Positions 1 to 10,236 of a DNA stretch of 64,000 nucleotides are shown piece after piece (position 1 is the first letter of the stretch; each line of letters opens with the position of its first letter). Source of the DNA: Candidatus Poribacteria bacterium (GTDB taxonomy: Bacteria > Poribacteria > WGA-4E > PCPOR2b). A model generated the notes under the pieces. The model made no database searches. It was given only the letters and a program-made list of their open reading frames with translations, and was not told the DNA's origin. The position numbers and the translations under genes are program-made. The stretch covers positions 5,024,001-5,088,000 of the forward strand of contig OZ220744.1 in the NCBI GenBank assembly GCA_965116925.1, given 5' to 3'.

Positions 1-888
1 TTGGTAATCATCGTTACCACCGATACGGTCCGCAGCCCAAGGCACGAGATAACGATCGCCACCCATCATAGCGGTTCGAGGTGCATACATATAGCTCGGC
101 AGAAGAACGTCATCCTCAGGGCAGAGATAGGGACCTTCCAACCGTTCTGCGACGCGGTAGCGCGTGGTATTCGTCTCTCCATGGCAGAAGATCAGATAGT
201 AACGCCCTTCCATTTTAAGGATTTCTATAACCTCAAGGGCTGCCCCGATAAAAGGACTGTAAAGGGGTGGTTTCACCTCCCAGTTTTTTAGGTCTTTGCT
301 AACAGTCCAAGCCACGCAGCCGCGTTCCCGCAACGGTCCGTGGTTGAGCCGGGCGGTGGTGACCATCACATACTGTTCACTCGGATCATCGTAGAACAGA
401 AACGGATCCCGCCACGCTGTAAACAGGTAGGGATCTTCTACAGGGGCATCGTGGGGGACGTACCAGCGCGGATCCGGAACAATTATCGGGCGCAGGGGGG
501 AGTCTTTCTCCCATGTGATTAGGTCATCGCTGCGAGCGTGGTAGATCACTTGAGGGTTGGTGCCGGCGTAGAACATTTGGTACTTCCCCGCGGAATACGC
601 TATCGTCGCGCCACCGATTCCGTCATCATCTGGCTCTCCTGGCTGCCCCGGCAGCAACGCCGGCGGCAGCTGCTCCCAATGAAGAAGATCAGTGCTCACC
701 GCGTGGTCGAGCTCACAACGAGGTAGTCGAGGCGGATCGTCGTTTCTTTTGCTTAGATAGAAAAGGTGGCACTCGCCGTCCCGACAGAAGAAAGATGCGT
801 CCCCGACGAGCGCATCTTCGGGACGAAAGTGCAAAGTGTAACACGGTGCGAAGTCTTGACGATCGAGAGCGTGTGAATGTGATTCCAT
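1..888 (-). CDS. Glycoside hydrolase family 32-like (beta-fructofuranosidase type); 3' end runs off the window
   Basis: Manual minus-strand translation, open from ATG 888 to base 1: MESHSH...HFRPEDALVGDASFF...HAVSTDLLHWEQLPPAL...SDDLITWEK...WRDPF...SKDLKNWE...LEV. Shows Asp-box repeats and the RDP motif. Absent from the ORF track because it has no stop in the window. Confidence 0.85.
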   Translation of the reverse strand, partial: MESHSHALDRQDFAPCYTLHFRPEDALVGDASFFCRDGECHLFYLSKRNDDPPRLPRCELDHAVSTDLLHWEQLPPALLPGQPGEPDDDGIGGATIAYSAGKYQMFYAGTNPQVIYHARSDDLITWEKDSPLRPIIVPDPRWYVPHDAPVEDPYLFTAWRDPFLFYDDPSEQYVMVTTARLNHGPLRERGCVAWTVSKDLKNWEVKPPLYSPFIGAALEVIEILKMEGRYYLIFCHGETNTTRYRVAERLEGPYLCPEDDVLLPSYMYAPRTAMMGGDRYLVPWAADRIGGNDDYQ

Positions 889-963
889 ATTCTGTATTCC
901 CAGCGTGCCTCTATGAATGTTGCAAAGCAAGCAATCGTGCTCACCGATAGCTGTGGGGTGCTT

Positions 964-1635
964 TTACACCTCTGGTTGAACGGCAATCACACGAGCGGGC
1001 GCACCGTCCGATTCCAGGATCTTCAACGGGAGCGCGTAGAGTTGGGTGTAGGGGGTTGTTAACTGGTGCAAGTTACAAAGGTACTCAATCATGATCACGC
1101 CGTTACGGAGCAACACATCATGTGTTACAAATTCAGAAATCGGCGCAACCTCTTTGCTAAGCAGCTTTCGGATAGGGTAATCTTGGGGAAAATCGTAACC
1201 AACCGCTTTAATCTGACGTGATAAAAGCCACTCGCACGCCGGTCGGGTCATGTAGGGTGCAGTCGTCCAGAATTCTGGGATCTTTGGCGAGGTCACCTCA
1301 TCCCAACAGGTCTTCAGCAGGACGATGTCGCCCGGATTGATGTGTTCACCGGCGTCACTGACTTGGGTTTCAGTAATCGCTGAATTGGATTCGATGCCGG
1401 TGAGGTCGACAACTGCCGCTCTGCCCACAATATTGTTGAGTGAAATATCGCTCGTTGTCTGACCGTTGGGATCGATATGTCTCGGCGCGTCGATATGCGT
1501 AAATCCGTGAACCGCCCAGCCAACCCAAGTCACTTGGAAGGCACTGCCTGTGTTGAAGTCCTCTTTGAGTTGCCGATCTACGGGCCACCGAAAATGGTTC
1601 TCGATCGGCATTGTCAGGTCAATAATCTGATTCAT
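964..1635 (-). CDS. Cyclase family / kynurenine formamidase-like metal-dependent hydrolase
   Basis: IIDLTMPI, HGFTHIDAPRH (HxGTHxDxPxH-like), IEYLCNL and ALPLKI..SDGAPARVIA motifs. Confidence 0.88.
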   Translation of the reverse strand: MNQIIDLTMPIENHFRWPVDRQLKEDFNTGSAFQVTWVGWAVHGFTHIDAPRHIDPNGQTTSDISLNNIVGRAAVVDLTGIESNSAITETQVSDAGEHINPGDIVLLKTCWDEVTSPKIPEFWTTAPYMTRPACEWLLSRQIKAVGYDFPQDYPIRKLLSKEVAPISEFVTHDVLLRNGVIMIEYLCNLHQLTTPYTQLYALPLKILESDGAPARVIAVQPEV

Positions 1636-1706
1636 CTACCCTCTGTCCCCTCTAGTGATTCAATACAATCGTTTAGGGGTTCATGAGTTCAAAAGCGCGA
1701 GTTTCC

Positions 1707-1734
1707 TTCACGTTTTACGCATCACGTTTCACGT
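1707..1734. repeat. Heptamer tandem repeat, (T/A)TCACGT-like, 4 units
   Basis: ttcacgt tttacgc atcacgt ttcacgt; the same unit recurs at 41771-41798 and 58297-58349. Confidence 0.8.
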
Positions 1735-1735
1735 C

Positions 1736-2536
1736 TCACATAATTGATCGAAGATAGTTCAACGCTTTCCGCATCGACTCCACCCGATCGGACTCACCTT
1801 CGTAAACCACCGACAGGCAGCCGTTATAGCCGATTCCACGAAAAATATCAAGGATGCGCGGATAGTCAAGCCACTTCTCCACACCGCTGTCTATCTGATA
1901 GAACTTCGTGCGAGCGTACACCGCGTAAGGGGCCGTCTTTGCGATGCTATCGTAGCAGTCGTAATTCGGGTGAGCCGAACCCCGGTGACCGCTTGCGCCG
2001 GGCGAACCGGCGTACTGTCCGGTATCGACGATGTGTGTGAAGTAGGGGTGATCCGTTTCACGGAGGGCGCGAAGTAGATCATCGCCGGTGCGGGTGACGT
2101 TGTTGTGATTGTGATTCTGTAAACCGACGAGGATCCCTTTTTCGTAGCCATACTCCGCAACTTCCTTGAACCCAGCAATCATCGGTGGCCAAAGTTCCTC
2201 TTCATCTTCGTGCTCTTCTCGGAGGTATGCGGCGAAGACGCGAACCAATGGACAACTCATGAAATCTGCGACATCAATCCACTTCTTGATTAACGCAATC
2301 TGATCCGGATGTTCCTCGATCGGACATCCAAAATCGTTGCTGATTCCGATGTATCCGAGCGGCAATCCCTTCTTCATCAGATCTTTTTTCACTTCTCGTA
2401 GATAATCAATGTCAGTAGATTCAAACGCGCTTGAATGCAACTCAATCATATCATATCCCAAGTCATAGACAATTTGTGCAAAGGCGGTAGCGGTTGTATC
2501 CCTGACATTCAAAGACATGGCACCAATTTTCATCAT
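1736..2536 (-). CDS. Sugar phosphate isomerase/epimerase (xylose isomerase-like TIM barrel)
   Basis: GYDMIEL, LVRVF, GLQNHNH, IVDTGQY, GYNGCLSVVYEG; paralog of 11482-12288. Confidence 0.85.
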   Translation of the reverse strand: MMKIGAMSLNVRDTTATAFAQIVYDLGYDMIELHSSAFESTDIDYLREVKKDLMKKGLPLGYIGISNDFGCPIEEHPDQIALIKKWIDVADFMSCPLVRVFAAYLREEHEDEEELWPPMIAGFKEVAEYGYEKGILVGLQNHNHNNVTRTGDDLLRALRETDHPYFTHIVDTGQYAGSPGASGHRGSAHPNYDCYDSIAKTAPYAVYARTKFYQIDSGVEKWLDYPRILDIFRGIGYNGCLSVVYEGESDRVESMRKALNYLRSIM

Positions 2537-2594
2537 AGTAACTACTCCGTATATAGAAACAATTTTTCAAAAATAAATTTTCATGTTAATGTCG

Positions 2595-2623
2595 AGTTTA
2601 GCACAGAACATGCACCCCGTCAA
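2595..2623 (-). promoter_or_regulatory. Putative sigma70 promoter for the leftward operon
   Basis: Minus strand TTGACG-17 nt-TAAACT with an extended -10 TG. Confidence 0.6.
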
Positions 2624-2774
2624 CTCAAAAGCAAGTTGGTGGTAGGGCTATTTAATGTTGGGATTCGGAGATCCTCCTACAAGATTGCTAAATGCTCCTA
2701 AATTGGGAAATTTTTTGCTTGGCACTCACATCACAGCTGGTTGTATACTGTCTCAGCCACACGCGCAAATTTTG

Positions 2775-2803
2775 TTGAGTTGTGATCCCAAACATGGTAA
2801 GAT
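2775..2803 (+). promoter_or_regulatory. Putative sigma70 promoter for the cupin-SDR pair
   Basis: TTGAGT-17 nt-TAAGAT upstream of the AGGAG RBS and ATG 2855. Confidence 0.45.
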
Positions 2804-2854
2804 ACCTTTCGATTGACTTTGAGGATTCTAGCGACAAGGAAGGAGAAAATAGCC

Positions 2855-3676
2855 ATGCGTATTGCTCATGTGCAGAGGGATGAATTGAGTGTGTCAGAAG
2901 GTGTCCATGGCGGGGCAGGTCATCTTTTGATTAAGGGACTGTGGGGTGAAGACGCTTTTCAGACGCCGTGGTGGTTTGTCCATTTCGCAATTCTGCCCCC
3001 CGGTGGCGGGATTGGTCATCACCGTCATGATGAGTGTGAGGAGATGTTCACGATTCTGGACAACGCCGCGCAGTTCACTCACAACGGCAGAACGGCGGAG
3101 GTGGTTGGGGGTGCGACTGTCCCCTGCCGAAAGGGGGAATCGCACGCCATCTACAATCATACAGACAAAGAGACTCGGTTTATGAATTTCTGCGTTGCAA
3201 ATCCGGAGGGCGGATATGACTGCACAGACTTCGGGGATGACCGTGTCGGTGCACCGTTGGAGACGGTTGATAGACTGCCCGTTGGACGGCTTGACCGCAA
3301 TCTACTGACTTTTACCTCAAACTTCCACGAAGGCAAGGGAAGTGTAGGGGTGAGACAGGTTTGGGGGCATCAGGATTTCCGAACAAATTGGGGGTTAGTT
3401 GGCCACTGTGTGGTTCCACCCGGTGCATCAATCGGGTATCATCGCCACGACGTGATAGAGGAGACATATATCATCATGGCGGGCAGCGGCAGGATGACAA
3501 TGGACGACGAAACAGAAGAGGTACATGTGGGCGACGCCATCCCCAACCGCTTGGGCGGGTCGCACGGAATTTACAACCACACGCCAGACGACTTGGAAAT
3601 GCTTGTAATGGCTGTTTGTATGGAACGCGGACAATTCGATGGCTATAACTTAGGAGACGATTTGACTGCGCGATAG
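2855..3676 (+). CDS. Bicupin (two cupin domains)
   Basis: Duplicated GxHRH..EE and H.IYNHT motifs; RBS AAGGAG before ATG 2855. Confidence 0.85.
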   Translation: MRIAHVQRDELSVSEGVHGGAGHLLIKGLWGEDAFQTPWWFVHFAILPPGGGIGHHRHDECEEMFTILDNAAQFTHNGRTAEVVGGATVPCRKGESHAIYNHTDKETRFMNFCVANPEGGYDCTDFGDDRVGAPLETVDRLPVGRLDRNLLTFTSNFHEGKGSVGVRQVWGHQDFRTNWGLVGHCVVPPGASIGYHRHDVIEETYIIMAGSGRMTMDDETEEVHVGDAIPNRLGGSHGIYNHTPDDLEMLVMAVCMERGQFDGYNLGDDLTAR

Positions 3677-3697
3677 TGGATTTGAAAGGAGAGATTG

Positions 3698-4438
3698 ATG
3701 GGACAACTTGAGAATAGAACTGCCATTGTTACCGGCGCGAGCCAAGGGATCGGGAGAGCGATTGCGCTGGCATTCGGTCAGGAAGGTGCTAACGTCGTCG
3801 CTACCGCCCGCACGACAACGGCGATTGAAGCGGTCATCGCTCAGGTCGAGGAGGCGGGTTCGGCAGGGTTGGCGGTGACAGCGGATCTGGGCGTTGAGCG
3901 AAACATCCAACGCATCGTAGATGAAACGACCACAAAGTTTGGAGGGGTTGATATCTTAGTCAACAACGCTGCCATTATCCACCCGCCCATAGATCTAGTG
4001 GACTTAGATGCCGATCTGTGGCGACAGGTCATGGATGTGAACTTGACCGCCGCTGCATTACTCACAAAATTCGCCCTGCCGAGCATGATCGAAAACCGTT
4101 ACGGCAAAATCATCAATATCTCAAGCATTGGTGGGCGCAAAGGGGGCAAGGGTCGGACGGCGTATCGGGTGACAAAAGCTGCGCTGATCAGCCTGACAGA
4201 GAGCGTCGCAGCCGAGGTCAAGCAGCACGGTATTGATGTCAACTGCATCTGCCCCGGTGGGGTTGACACGGAGGGTTTCCGCGAGGCATTCGGGAGCGGG
4301 GGCAGAGAGGAAAATCCGAAGCTGATGCTGCCCGAAGAGATTGCAGCCCTCGCCGTTTTCCTAACCTCCGATACGAGTTCAGCCGTTACGGGAACAGCAG
4401 TGGACGCATTCGGCACAACCAACCCGCTCTTTGGTTAA
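3698..4438 (+). CDS. Short-chain dehydrogenase/reductase (SDR)
   Basis: TGASQGIG, NNAA, YRVTK (YxxxK). Confidence 0.92.
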   Translation: MGQLENRTAIVTGASQGIGRAIALAFGQEGANVVATARTTTAIEAVIAQVEEAGSAGLAVTADLGVERNIQRIVDETTTKFGGVDILVNNAAIIHPPIDLVDLDADLWRQVMDVNLTAAALLTKFALPSMIENRYGKIINISSIGGRKGGKGRTAYRVTKAALISLTESVAAEVKQHGIDVNCICPGGVDTEGFREAFGSGGREENPKLMLPEEIAALAVFLTSDTSSAVTGTAVDAFGTTNPLFG

Positions 4439-4444
4439 CGGGTG

Positions 4445-5785
4445 TCAAAGTTCAGCTTCCAATTGGCTCAGACCTTCATCAATCATGGCAATCACGTCGT
4501 CGATCTGGCTGCGTGTGATAATTAGCGGCGGATAAAAGCGCAAATCGTCACCGTTCACCCAATCTGCCGTACCGCCGCCACTCCCTGTGGACAAGCCCTT
4601 GTCCAGTAAAATCTTGTTGAGCCGTTTGTGGAAGCCAAGCGATGCAGGGAAGGGCTCCTTCGTATCTTTGTCGCGTACCAGTTCAATGCCGAGAATCAGC
4701 CCAAGCCCTCGAATCTCGCCGACGCTTGGGTGTGCGTCTAACGCGCTCGCCTTTTCTAACAGATACGCGCCCATCTCCGCGGTATGCTCAAGGATACCTT
4801 CCTCTTCGATGATGTCTAACACCTCTAACCCAACCCGCATTGCTATGGGATTATTGACATAGGTGAAGACATGGGCGAAGGGGGTGCCGCCCGCTGCGAA
4901 GGTATCACGAATGCTATCCTTGATAATCACGCCGCTCAAAGGGGCGTAACCGCTGCTGGCTGCCTTTCCAAAAACAATCATATCCGGGACAACATCCCAG
5001 TGCTCAATGGCGAAATATCGTCCGCTGCGCCCGAAACCGGTGATGATTTCATCTGCAATGAATAGGACATCGTATTTATCGCAAATTTCGCGGACAAGCG
5101 GATAGTAATCCCTAGGCGGTATCGCCGCAGCAACTCCTCCGAGCACCAACGGTTCCGCCACAAATGCCGCCACATTCTCAGGACCGGTCTGCAAGATCAT
5201 CTGCTCCAGTTCATGGGCACAGGTCAGATTGCATTTCCCTTCACAACCTGCAAACACGCAGCGATACGGGTAGCAAGGTGCGATGTGCGGGAAATTGGGA
5301 AGCAAGGGTGCGAAAAGGTCGCGCATCCCCGGTGTACCTGTGACACCTAAAGCACCGAGTGTCGCGCCATGGTAGCCGCGCCAACGGGAGATGACTTGAT
5401 GCTTCTGTCCATTCCCGCGTTGCACATGGTACTGCCGGGCAATCTTGATCGCTGTTTCAATCCCCTCCGAACCGCCCGAAACGAAGTAGGCGTGGTTAAG
5501 GTCGCCGGGGGCTATTGCAGCAACCCGATCAGCTAAGTCGAGGGCCGGCTGGGTCGTAAAATGGGTGGCGAAGCAGTAGGCGAGTGTTTTGCCCTGCTCT
5601 GCCATCACATCGGCGATACGTTGACGGCCATGCCCTAAAGTGACATTGCTCGCGCCGGCGGCGCCGTCGATGTAGCGTTTGCCTGTTTCATCGTAGAGGT
5701 AGATCCCTTCCCCGCGCACTATGAGGGGATAGTCGTAACTCAAATCGCGGTGGAACAGTGCTTTTTTTGCATCGGTGTTTGACAT
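4445..5785 (-). CDS. Class III PLP-dependent aminotransferase
   Basis: YIDG, GGSEG, YHGAT, FIADEIITGFGRSG, PDMIVFGKA; start placed at MSNTDAK. Confidence 0.92.
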   Translation of the reverse strand: MSNTDAKKALFHRDLSYDYPLIVRGEGIYLYDETGKRYIDGAAGASNVTLGHGRQRIADVMAEQGKTLAYCFATHFTTQPALDLADRVAAIAPGDLNHAYFVSGGSEGIETAIKIARQYHVQRGNGQKHQVISRWRGYHGATLGALGVTGTPGMRDLFAPLLPNFPHIAPCYPYRCVFAGCEGKCNLTCAHELEQMILQTGPENVAAFVAEPLVLGGVAAAIPPRDYYPLVREICDKYDVLFIADEIITGFGRSGRYFAIEHWDVVPDMIVFGKAASSGYAPLSGVIIKDSIRDTFAAGGTPFAHVFTYVNNPIAMRVGLEVLDIIEEEGILEHTAEMGAYLLEKASALDAHPSVGEIRGLGLILGIELVRDKDTKEPFPASLGFHKRLNKILLDKGLSTGSGGGTADWVNGDDLRFYPPLIITRSQIDDVIAMIDEGLSQLEAEL

Positions 5786-5854
5786 TTTGCTGTCTCCCAA
5801 AGTCAAATCAGGATAATTGTCTGAATCAGGATTTTCAGGATTGCGAGAAGCAAC

Positions 5855-6880
5855 TTAGAACCCGGAGATGAATTGCCCAAATTGTGTTTCCCATCTTGCT
5901 GCCAACGCTAGCTCGTCCTCCCGATATTCATAGCCCTCTGAATTGTCTCCCTCGTACTGCTCTTGATACCAGTCTACCGTTGTCTGAATCCACTCCTCTA
6001 CAGGTGTGGTACTAAAACCGAACTCGCGCTCGGCTTTGGACAGATTGTAGAGGTATGAAGCAGCCCGACTCATCGGTGGGGCGTAGGTGTCTAGGTGGGG
6101 CTGCTTATGGATAATTTCGCTTGGAACATAGGTAATCTGGGGTTCGTGACCCGCTGCCTCCCAAATCAGGCTTGCCCAACGCTCAATGGTCATTATCTCT
6201 TGCATGGCGATGTGATACGTTTGGTTAGCAGTCTCCGGTACATCGAGGACACGGATGAAAGCCCCCGCAGCATCAGCGGAATATAGGGTGCGGAACAGTC
6301 CACGGTTTTCTAACGGAATAACCACGCCGCGCCCGTCCAATGCCCGTTGGACCCACCACCACATCCGTCCGGTTGGGTCGTCCCAGCCCATGACCGCCGG
6401 GATACGGACGATTGTGTACGGGATATTGCTGTTTTCTTGAAGCCACTTCTCGCAGTGTCGTTTGCCGACGCCGTAAGGGTCTTCTCCTGCGGGGTAGGTA
6501 TAATCAATGGACGACCAATCCACGACCGATTCTTGGAACGTGCAGTGCTTGGAGAAGTCTACCGCGCCTTCCAGATATACCGATCCGGTGCTGACGATGA
6601 CGTAACGACCCACGTTTCCATCGAATGCCCCTATAGCAGATTCGACATCTTCCTTACGGTAAGCCTGCGTATCAATAACCGCATCAAAAGATTTCCCCTT
6701 CACTTTTTCTGCAAAGTCTGCCCGATCCTCACGGTCTCCCTGAATATGTTCGATCTGCTCCCACCATTCGGGTTGGGTGGTCCCTCTGGAGAAGATGGTG
6801 ACCCTGTCCCCGCGTTCAAGCAGTCTCTGCACAACAATCCGACCCATGTATCGTGTGCCACCGATGATAAGAACGTCCAT
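5855..6880 (-). CDS. NAD-dependent epimerase/dehydratase family protein
   Basis: MDVLIIGGTRYMG, STGSVY, YGVGK; start placed at ATG 6880. Confidence 0.88.
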   Translation of the reverse strand: MDVLIIGGTRYMGRIVVQRLLERGDRVTIFSRGTTQPEWWEQIEHIQGDREDRADFAEKVKGKSFDAVIDTQAYRKEDVESAIGAFDGNVGRYVIVSTGSVYLEGAVDFSKHCTFQESVVDWSSIDYTYPAGEDPYGVGKRHCEKWLQENSNIPYTIVRIPAVMGWDDPTGRMWWWVQRALDGRGVVIPLENRGLFRTLYSADAAGAFIRVLDVPETANQTYHIAMQEIMTIERWASLIWEAAGHEPQITYVPSEIIHKQPHLDTYAPPMSRAASYLYNLSKAEREFGFSTTPVEEWIQTTVDWYQEQYEGDNSEGYEYREDELALAARWETQFGQFISGF

Positions 6881-6899
6881 TTTTCTTCCCCATTGATTT

Positions 6900-7592
6900 T
6901 CAAACTTCCGGTTCTGCGTCCGACTTATCCTGTGGGTGGTAGTCGATGACCTGCCGTCCATGTTCCAAATCGTAGAGTGCCCATGTGCTATCTGAAACAC
7001 CGAACACAACCTCGAACTTCACCCCCGGCTGTGTGACCGCCTGCTCAAATACAAGAGCCGCGTCGCCGTGGCTCAGTTGATGTGGGTGGGTGGGCAAGTC
7101 ACGGTCCCGCTTGAAATTGCCGATCCGAACCGAGACAAATTCCATATCGAATCGGGCTGAATACATATACCCTAAGTTTTCTCCGAAAACCTTGCTGATC
7201 GAATAGTAGGACTCCGGTCGAGGGGTCATATCAACCGTCCGCATGATGTCCTTTGGGTAAGGCGCAAGCAGTCCGGCACGGCTGGCGAAGGCGATACGAC
7301 GGACACCGTTTTGTCGTGCAGCTTCAAAGACATTGTAGGTGCCGATAATATTGTTCTGGAGTATATCTTCCCACGGTGCGCCGCCGGAGGGGTTGCCTGC
7401 GAGGTGAATCACCGCCTCCATGTCTTGGGTAGCTTTCAGTACGGTGTCGAAGTCCGTGACATTCCCGACAATCGCATCTTTGATATCCGGCATCGGTACA
7501 CGGTCAAACCCACGCAGCGAATATCGGTCTTTCAGCCCTTTCACGACCGCCGTACCAACTGCCCCGGCAGCACCGGTGACAAGGATTCTCAT
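6900..7592 (-). CDS. NAD-dependent epimerase/dehydratase (uronate dehydrogenase-like)
   Basis: TGAAGAVG, HLAG, NIIGTYNVFEAAR, YSISKVFGE, VRIGN. Confidence 0.85.
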   Translation of the reverse strand: MRILVTGAAGAVGTAVVKGLKDRYSLRGFDRVPMPDIKDAIVGNVTDFDTVLKATQDMEAVIHLAGNPSGGAPWEDILQNNIIGTYNVFEAARQNGVRRIAFASRAGLLAPYPKDIMRTVDMTPRPESYYSISKVFGENLGYMYSARFDMEFVSVRIGNFKRDRDLPTHPHQLSHGDAALVFEQAVTQPGVKFEVVFGVSDSTWALYDLEHGRQVIDYHPQDKSDAEPEV

Positions 7593-7607
7593 CTGCTTGC
7601 TCCTTTT

Positions 7608-8501
7608 CTAACGCCAAATCTCTCTGAGTCTGGGTATGAGGATTTCCGTATTCCGGTCATGGATTTCGCCACACCAAACGTTATTCGTCTCAGGGCTGGA
7701 TTTGTCGTACGATTCTTGGATAAGTGTTGGTAGCGGGAGTTGATGAAATTGTGTCTCAAAATATCCATCGTCCCGGAGTTGAACCTCACGAAACCCCATC
7801 GGGAAACCGATCAAACACGCAGTGTCAACAGTGAGGAAATCACGGTACATCCGGATACGGTTGGTATGCCGGTGCCCTGTAAAAAGCGCGACGATGGCGG
7901 GACTCTGTTTCACAGTTTCCAACAACCGATTTGCACCGTCGAGGGTTCCCTTTCCCTCTTCATGGCTTGGAAGCGCCCATGCATGGATAAACAACAGCAT
8001 CGCGTGCCCTTCGTCATACGCTTTTTCCGCTTCCTCACGGAGGGCATTGTCGAGGGTATCGGTCCAAACGCCGCTGCCGTCTTCGATTGGATCGCATTGG
8101 TGATAGATGTTGGCGATCGCGAGACGGAGGCGTGGGGCGGCATCAACGACCTTGAGCGTTTCGGGGATGTCGAATCTTTCCGCGAACGCTTCAAAGGATC
8201 CATGTTGTGCATCGGAGTCGTGATTGCCGGGGACACAGTATAGCGGTGCCTCAAAGTCGGCAAAGGCTGCCGCAACGTCTTCAATGGATTGCAGGTATGT
8301 CGTCCACGGCAGCTCGAACGAACTTCCGCCGCAAAGGAAATCGCCGCCGTGAACGATGAACTCAGGTTTGATCGGATTGACCGCTGGCACAATCGCGTCA
8401 AGAACGGTCTTGCTCTGTGTCAGCATTTTCGGTGCGCCGTAATCCTTTGGTGCCCCGGGGTAATAGTGGCTGTCAGTCAAAAAGACGAAACGAGTAGACA
8501 T
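7608..8501 (-). CDS. Calcineurin-like metallophosphoesterase
   Basis: LTDSH, HGGD, PGNHD, FTGHRH motifs. Confidence 0.88.
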   Translation of the reverse strand: MSTRFVFLTDSHYYPGAPKDYGAPKMLTQSKTVLDAIVPAVNPIKPEFIVHGGDFLCGGSSFELPWTTYLQSIEDVAAAFADFEAPLYCVPGNHDSDAQHGSFEAFAERFDIPETLKVVDAAPRLRLAIANIYHQCDPIEDGSGVWTDTLDNALREEAEKAYDEGHAMLLFIHAWALPSHEEGKGTLDGANRLLETVKQSPAIVALFTGHRHTNRIRMYRDFLTVDTACLIGFPMGFREVQLRDDGYFETQFHQLPLPTLIQESYDKSSPETNNVWCGEIHDRNTEILIPRLREIWR

Positions 8502-8522
8502 AATGTCTCCCAAGCACGGAGA

Positions 8523-8553
8523 GAAACCGAGTTTTTGTCAAAAACTCGGTTTC
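8523..8553. repeat. Intergenic palindrome GAAACCGAGTTTT-loop-AAAACTCGGTTTC
   Basis: 14 bp perfect inverted repeat; second copy at 30122-30154 and a half copy near 52660-52674. Confidence 0.8.
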
Positions 8554-8584
8554 GGTTGCACGATTTCTTTACATGAGTAAAAAC

Positions 8585-9178
8585 TTAGATATGTGGTCCG
8601 CGTTCCCGAATGATTCTCATTGCCAGATCGGGATCGATTTGGAAAATCATTTCAGGCTCGATCTTGCAGTTTCCCGGTAGGTCATAGCCCGCGACGGCAC
8701 TTCGTGCGTGCCAGCCCGATAGCGATGAGTCCATGCCGTCGTCAGCCGATTCGGATAGCGGTCCGCCGAACACATCGTGAAACGCCTTCGTATAGCCATC
8801 CACAACTTGGGGTGATTTTGTAAAAGCCCCGCCGCCGTGTGAGTTGACCATCCCGATACACTTAACGCAGTACCAGACATCGTTCAAGTTTCCGAAAGGT
8901 TCCAATCCCCAGTGCAGGGAAAGGATGTGGCTGATGCCTGCCTCCCGACCGGCTTCGTAACCGTCTTCCACATCTTGATCATCGTTGGTCACCGGTCCTG
9001 TGCCGGCGCCTGTCCCCGAAGCGAAGACCAGACCGGACGGAGTAAAGGTGAGGTTACAGATACGCCGACCACGGGGATCGGAAATTGCATCGGCTTTTGT
9101 CCCTAGATCAATGCCGAGCGCGTTGAGTCTGTCGTATACATCGAAATCACGTTGCCAAGAACTATGTATCTCTGCCAT
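8585..9178 (-). CDS. Divergent RidA/YjgF-like protein
   Basis: VFASG, VKCIGMVNS..F...PQVVDG....DVFG, HARSAV..LP.N..IE pattern. Confidence 0.6.
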   Translation of the reverse strand: MAEIHSSWQRDFDVYDRLNALGIDLGTKADAISDPRGRRICNLTFTPSGLVFASGTGAGTGPVTNDDQDVEDGYEAGREAGISHILSLHWGLEPFGNLNDVWYCVKCIGMVNSHGGGAFTKSPQVVDGYTKAFHDVFGGPLSESADDGMDSSLSGWHARSAVAGYDLPGNCKIEPEMIFQIDPDLAMRIIRERGPHI

Positions 9179-9272
9179 TTTGTTTCCTCCATAGGAAATT
9201 TAGATTTTGATGAAATAATTCAAAGTTAAGATGTCGAGATATGAATCTCGACCTACAAAAATTAGGGATCCG

Positions 9273-10181
9273 CTATTGGATAATACTTTCGGGTGAGAAG
9301 GCTTCCACCGCTAACCGAGAGATCTCCGCAATCGCCTCATCCCCACGGATACCATCATCGCTGGCAAGTGCAAACGCAGAGATGACAAGAGGACCCGTTG
9401 AGAGAAAGACAAGACCCACATCCCCCTTAATGCGCCCACTCGATCCAATCTTGTGCGCGGTTGGGATGTCAGGTTTTAAGTCGCGAGGGATCATACGGCG
9501 GTCATTGCAAAGCCGAAGCATCTCGATCATCGCCGCGGAGGCTTGCGGACTGACAATCTGACCGGCGTAGAGTTGCTTCAGGATACTCCCCATATCCCTT
9601 GGGGTGGCGACATTGTTCTCCAGAGAATCCTGAAAGGACAGGCTGTTGAAGTTCGTGCCATGCGTCTGTGCTCGTTTGTGCTGCACCACATCGTTTTCTC
9701 GGTTGCACGGGACATCATCCATACCGAACATCCGATAGTGATAACGACCAAGAGTCACGCTGGTTCGGGTGTTGGGGAAGCCCATCGCATCTAGCGTGGC
9801 GTTGACCGATTCTAACCCAACTACTCCTAACAGGAAATCGGTCGCCATATTATCACTGATACTGATCATCAACCGACAATAGTCGCGCAGGGTCAATTCC
9901 GGCGCATCTTCCATCAACTTTAGTGTTCCTGAGCCGTGGGTAGAGATATTCCCTTGCAGCCGATGGCGATCATCAAGCGAAAGAGTGCCTACCTCAACCT
10001 GACGAAACAACTCGATCATCACCGGAACTTTGCAGACACTCGCAGTAGGGAAGCGTTGATCTGCGTTGTGCTCATGCGCGATGCCGGTGGTCAAGTCTTC
10101 AATGTAGAAGCCGATACATCCGTGAAAATCCGTCGCAATTTTGTCACATGCTGCTGTTGGAAACTGCTTGCTCGTTTGCAT
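9273..10181 (-). CDS. Serine hydrolase, class A beta-lactamase-like
   Basis: FPTASVCK (SxxK), ISDN, AHKIG; no signal peptide. Confidence 0.85.
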   Translation of the reverse strand: MQTSKQFPTAACDKIATDFHGCIGFYIEDLTTGIAHEHNADQRFPTASVCKVPVMIELFRQVEVGTLSLDDRHRLQGNISTHGSGTLKLMEDAPELTLRDYCRLMISISDNMATDFLLGVVGLESVNATLDAMGFPNTRTSVTLGRYHYRMFGMDDVPCNRENDVVQHKRAQTHGTNFNSLSFQDSLENNVATPRDMGSILKQLYAGQIVSPQASAAMIEMLRLCNDRRMIPRDLKPDIPTAHKIGSSGRIKGDVGLVFLSTGPLVISAFALASDDGIRGDEAIAEISRLAVEAFSPESIIQ

Positions 10182-10236
10182 GTGTTCGACAATATTTGTT
10201 AGCAGCGAAAAAGAGGTTCGCTAGGTAAATTTCGGA

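Noticed and set aside
1..986. ORF-track calls 1..291+, 340..522+, 538..726+ and 753..986-
   Set aside because: They are antisense or off-frame shadows of the minus-strand GH32 gene.
9273..10181. Bona fide antibiotic-resistance beta-lactamase
   Set aside because: No signal peptide, KIG instead of KTG, and no recognisable omega-loop ExxLN; best left as a serine hydrolase.
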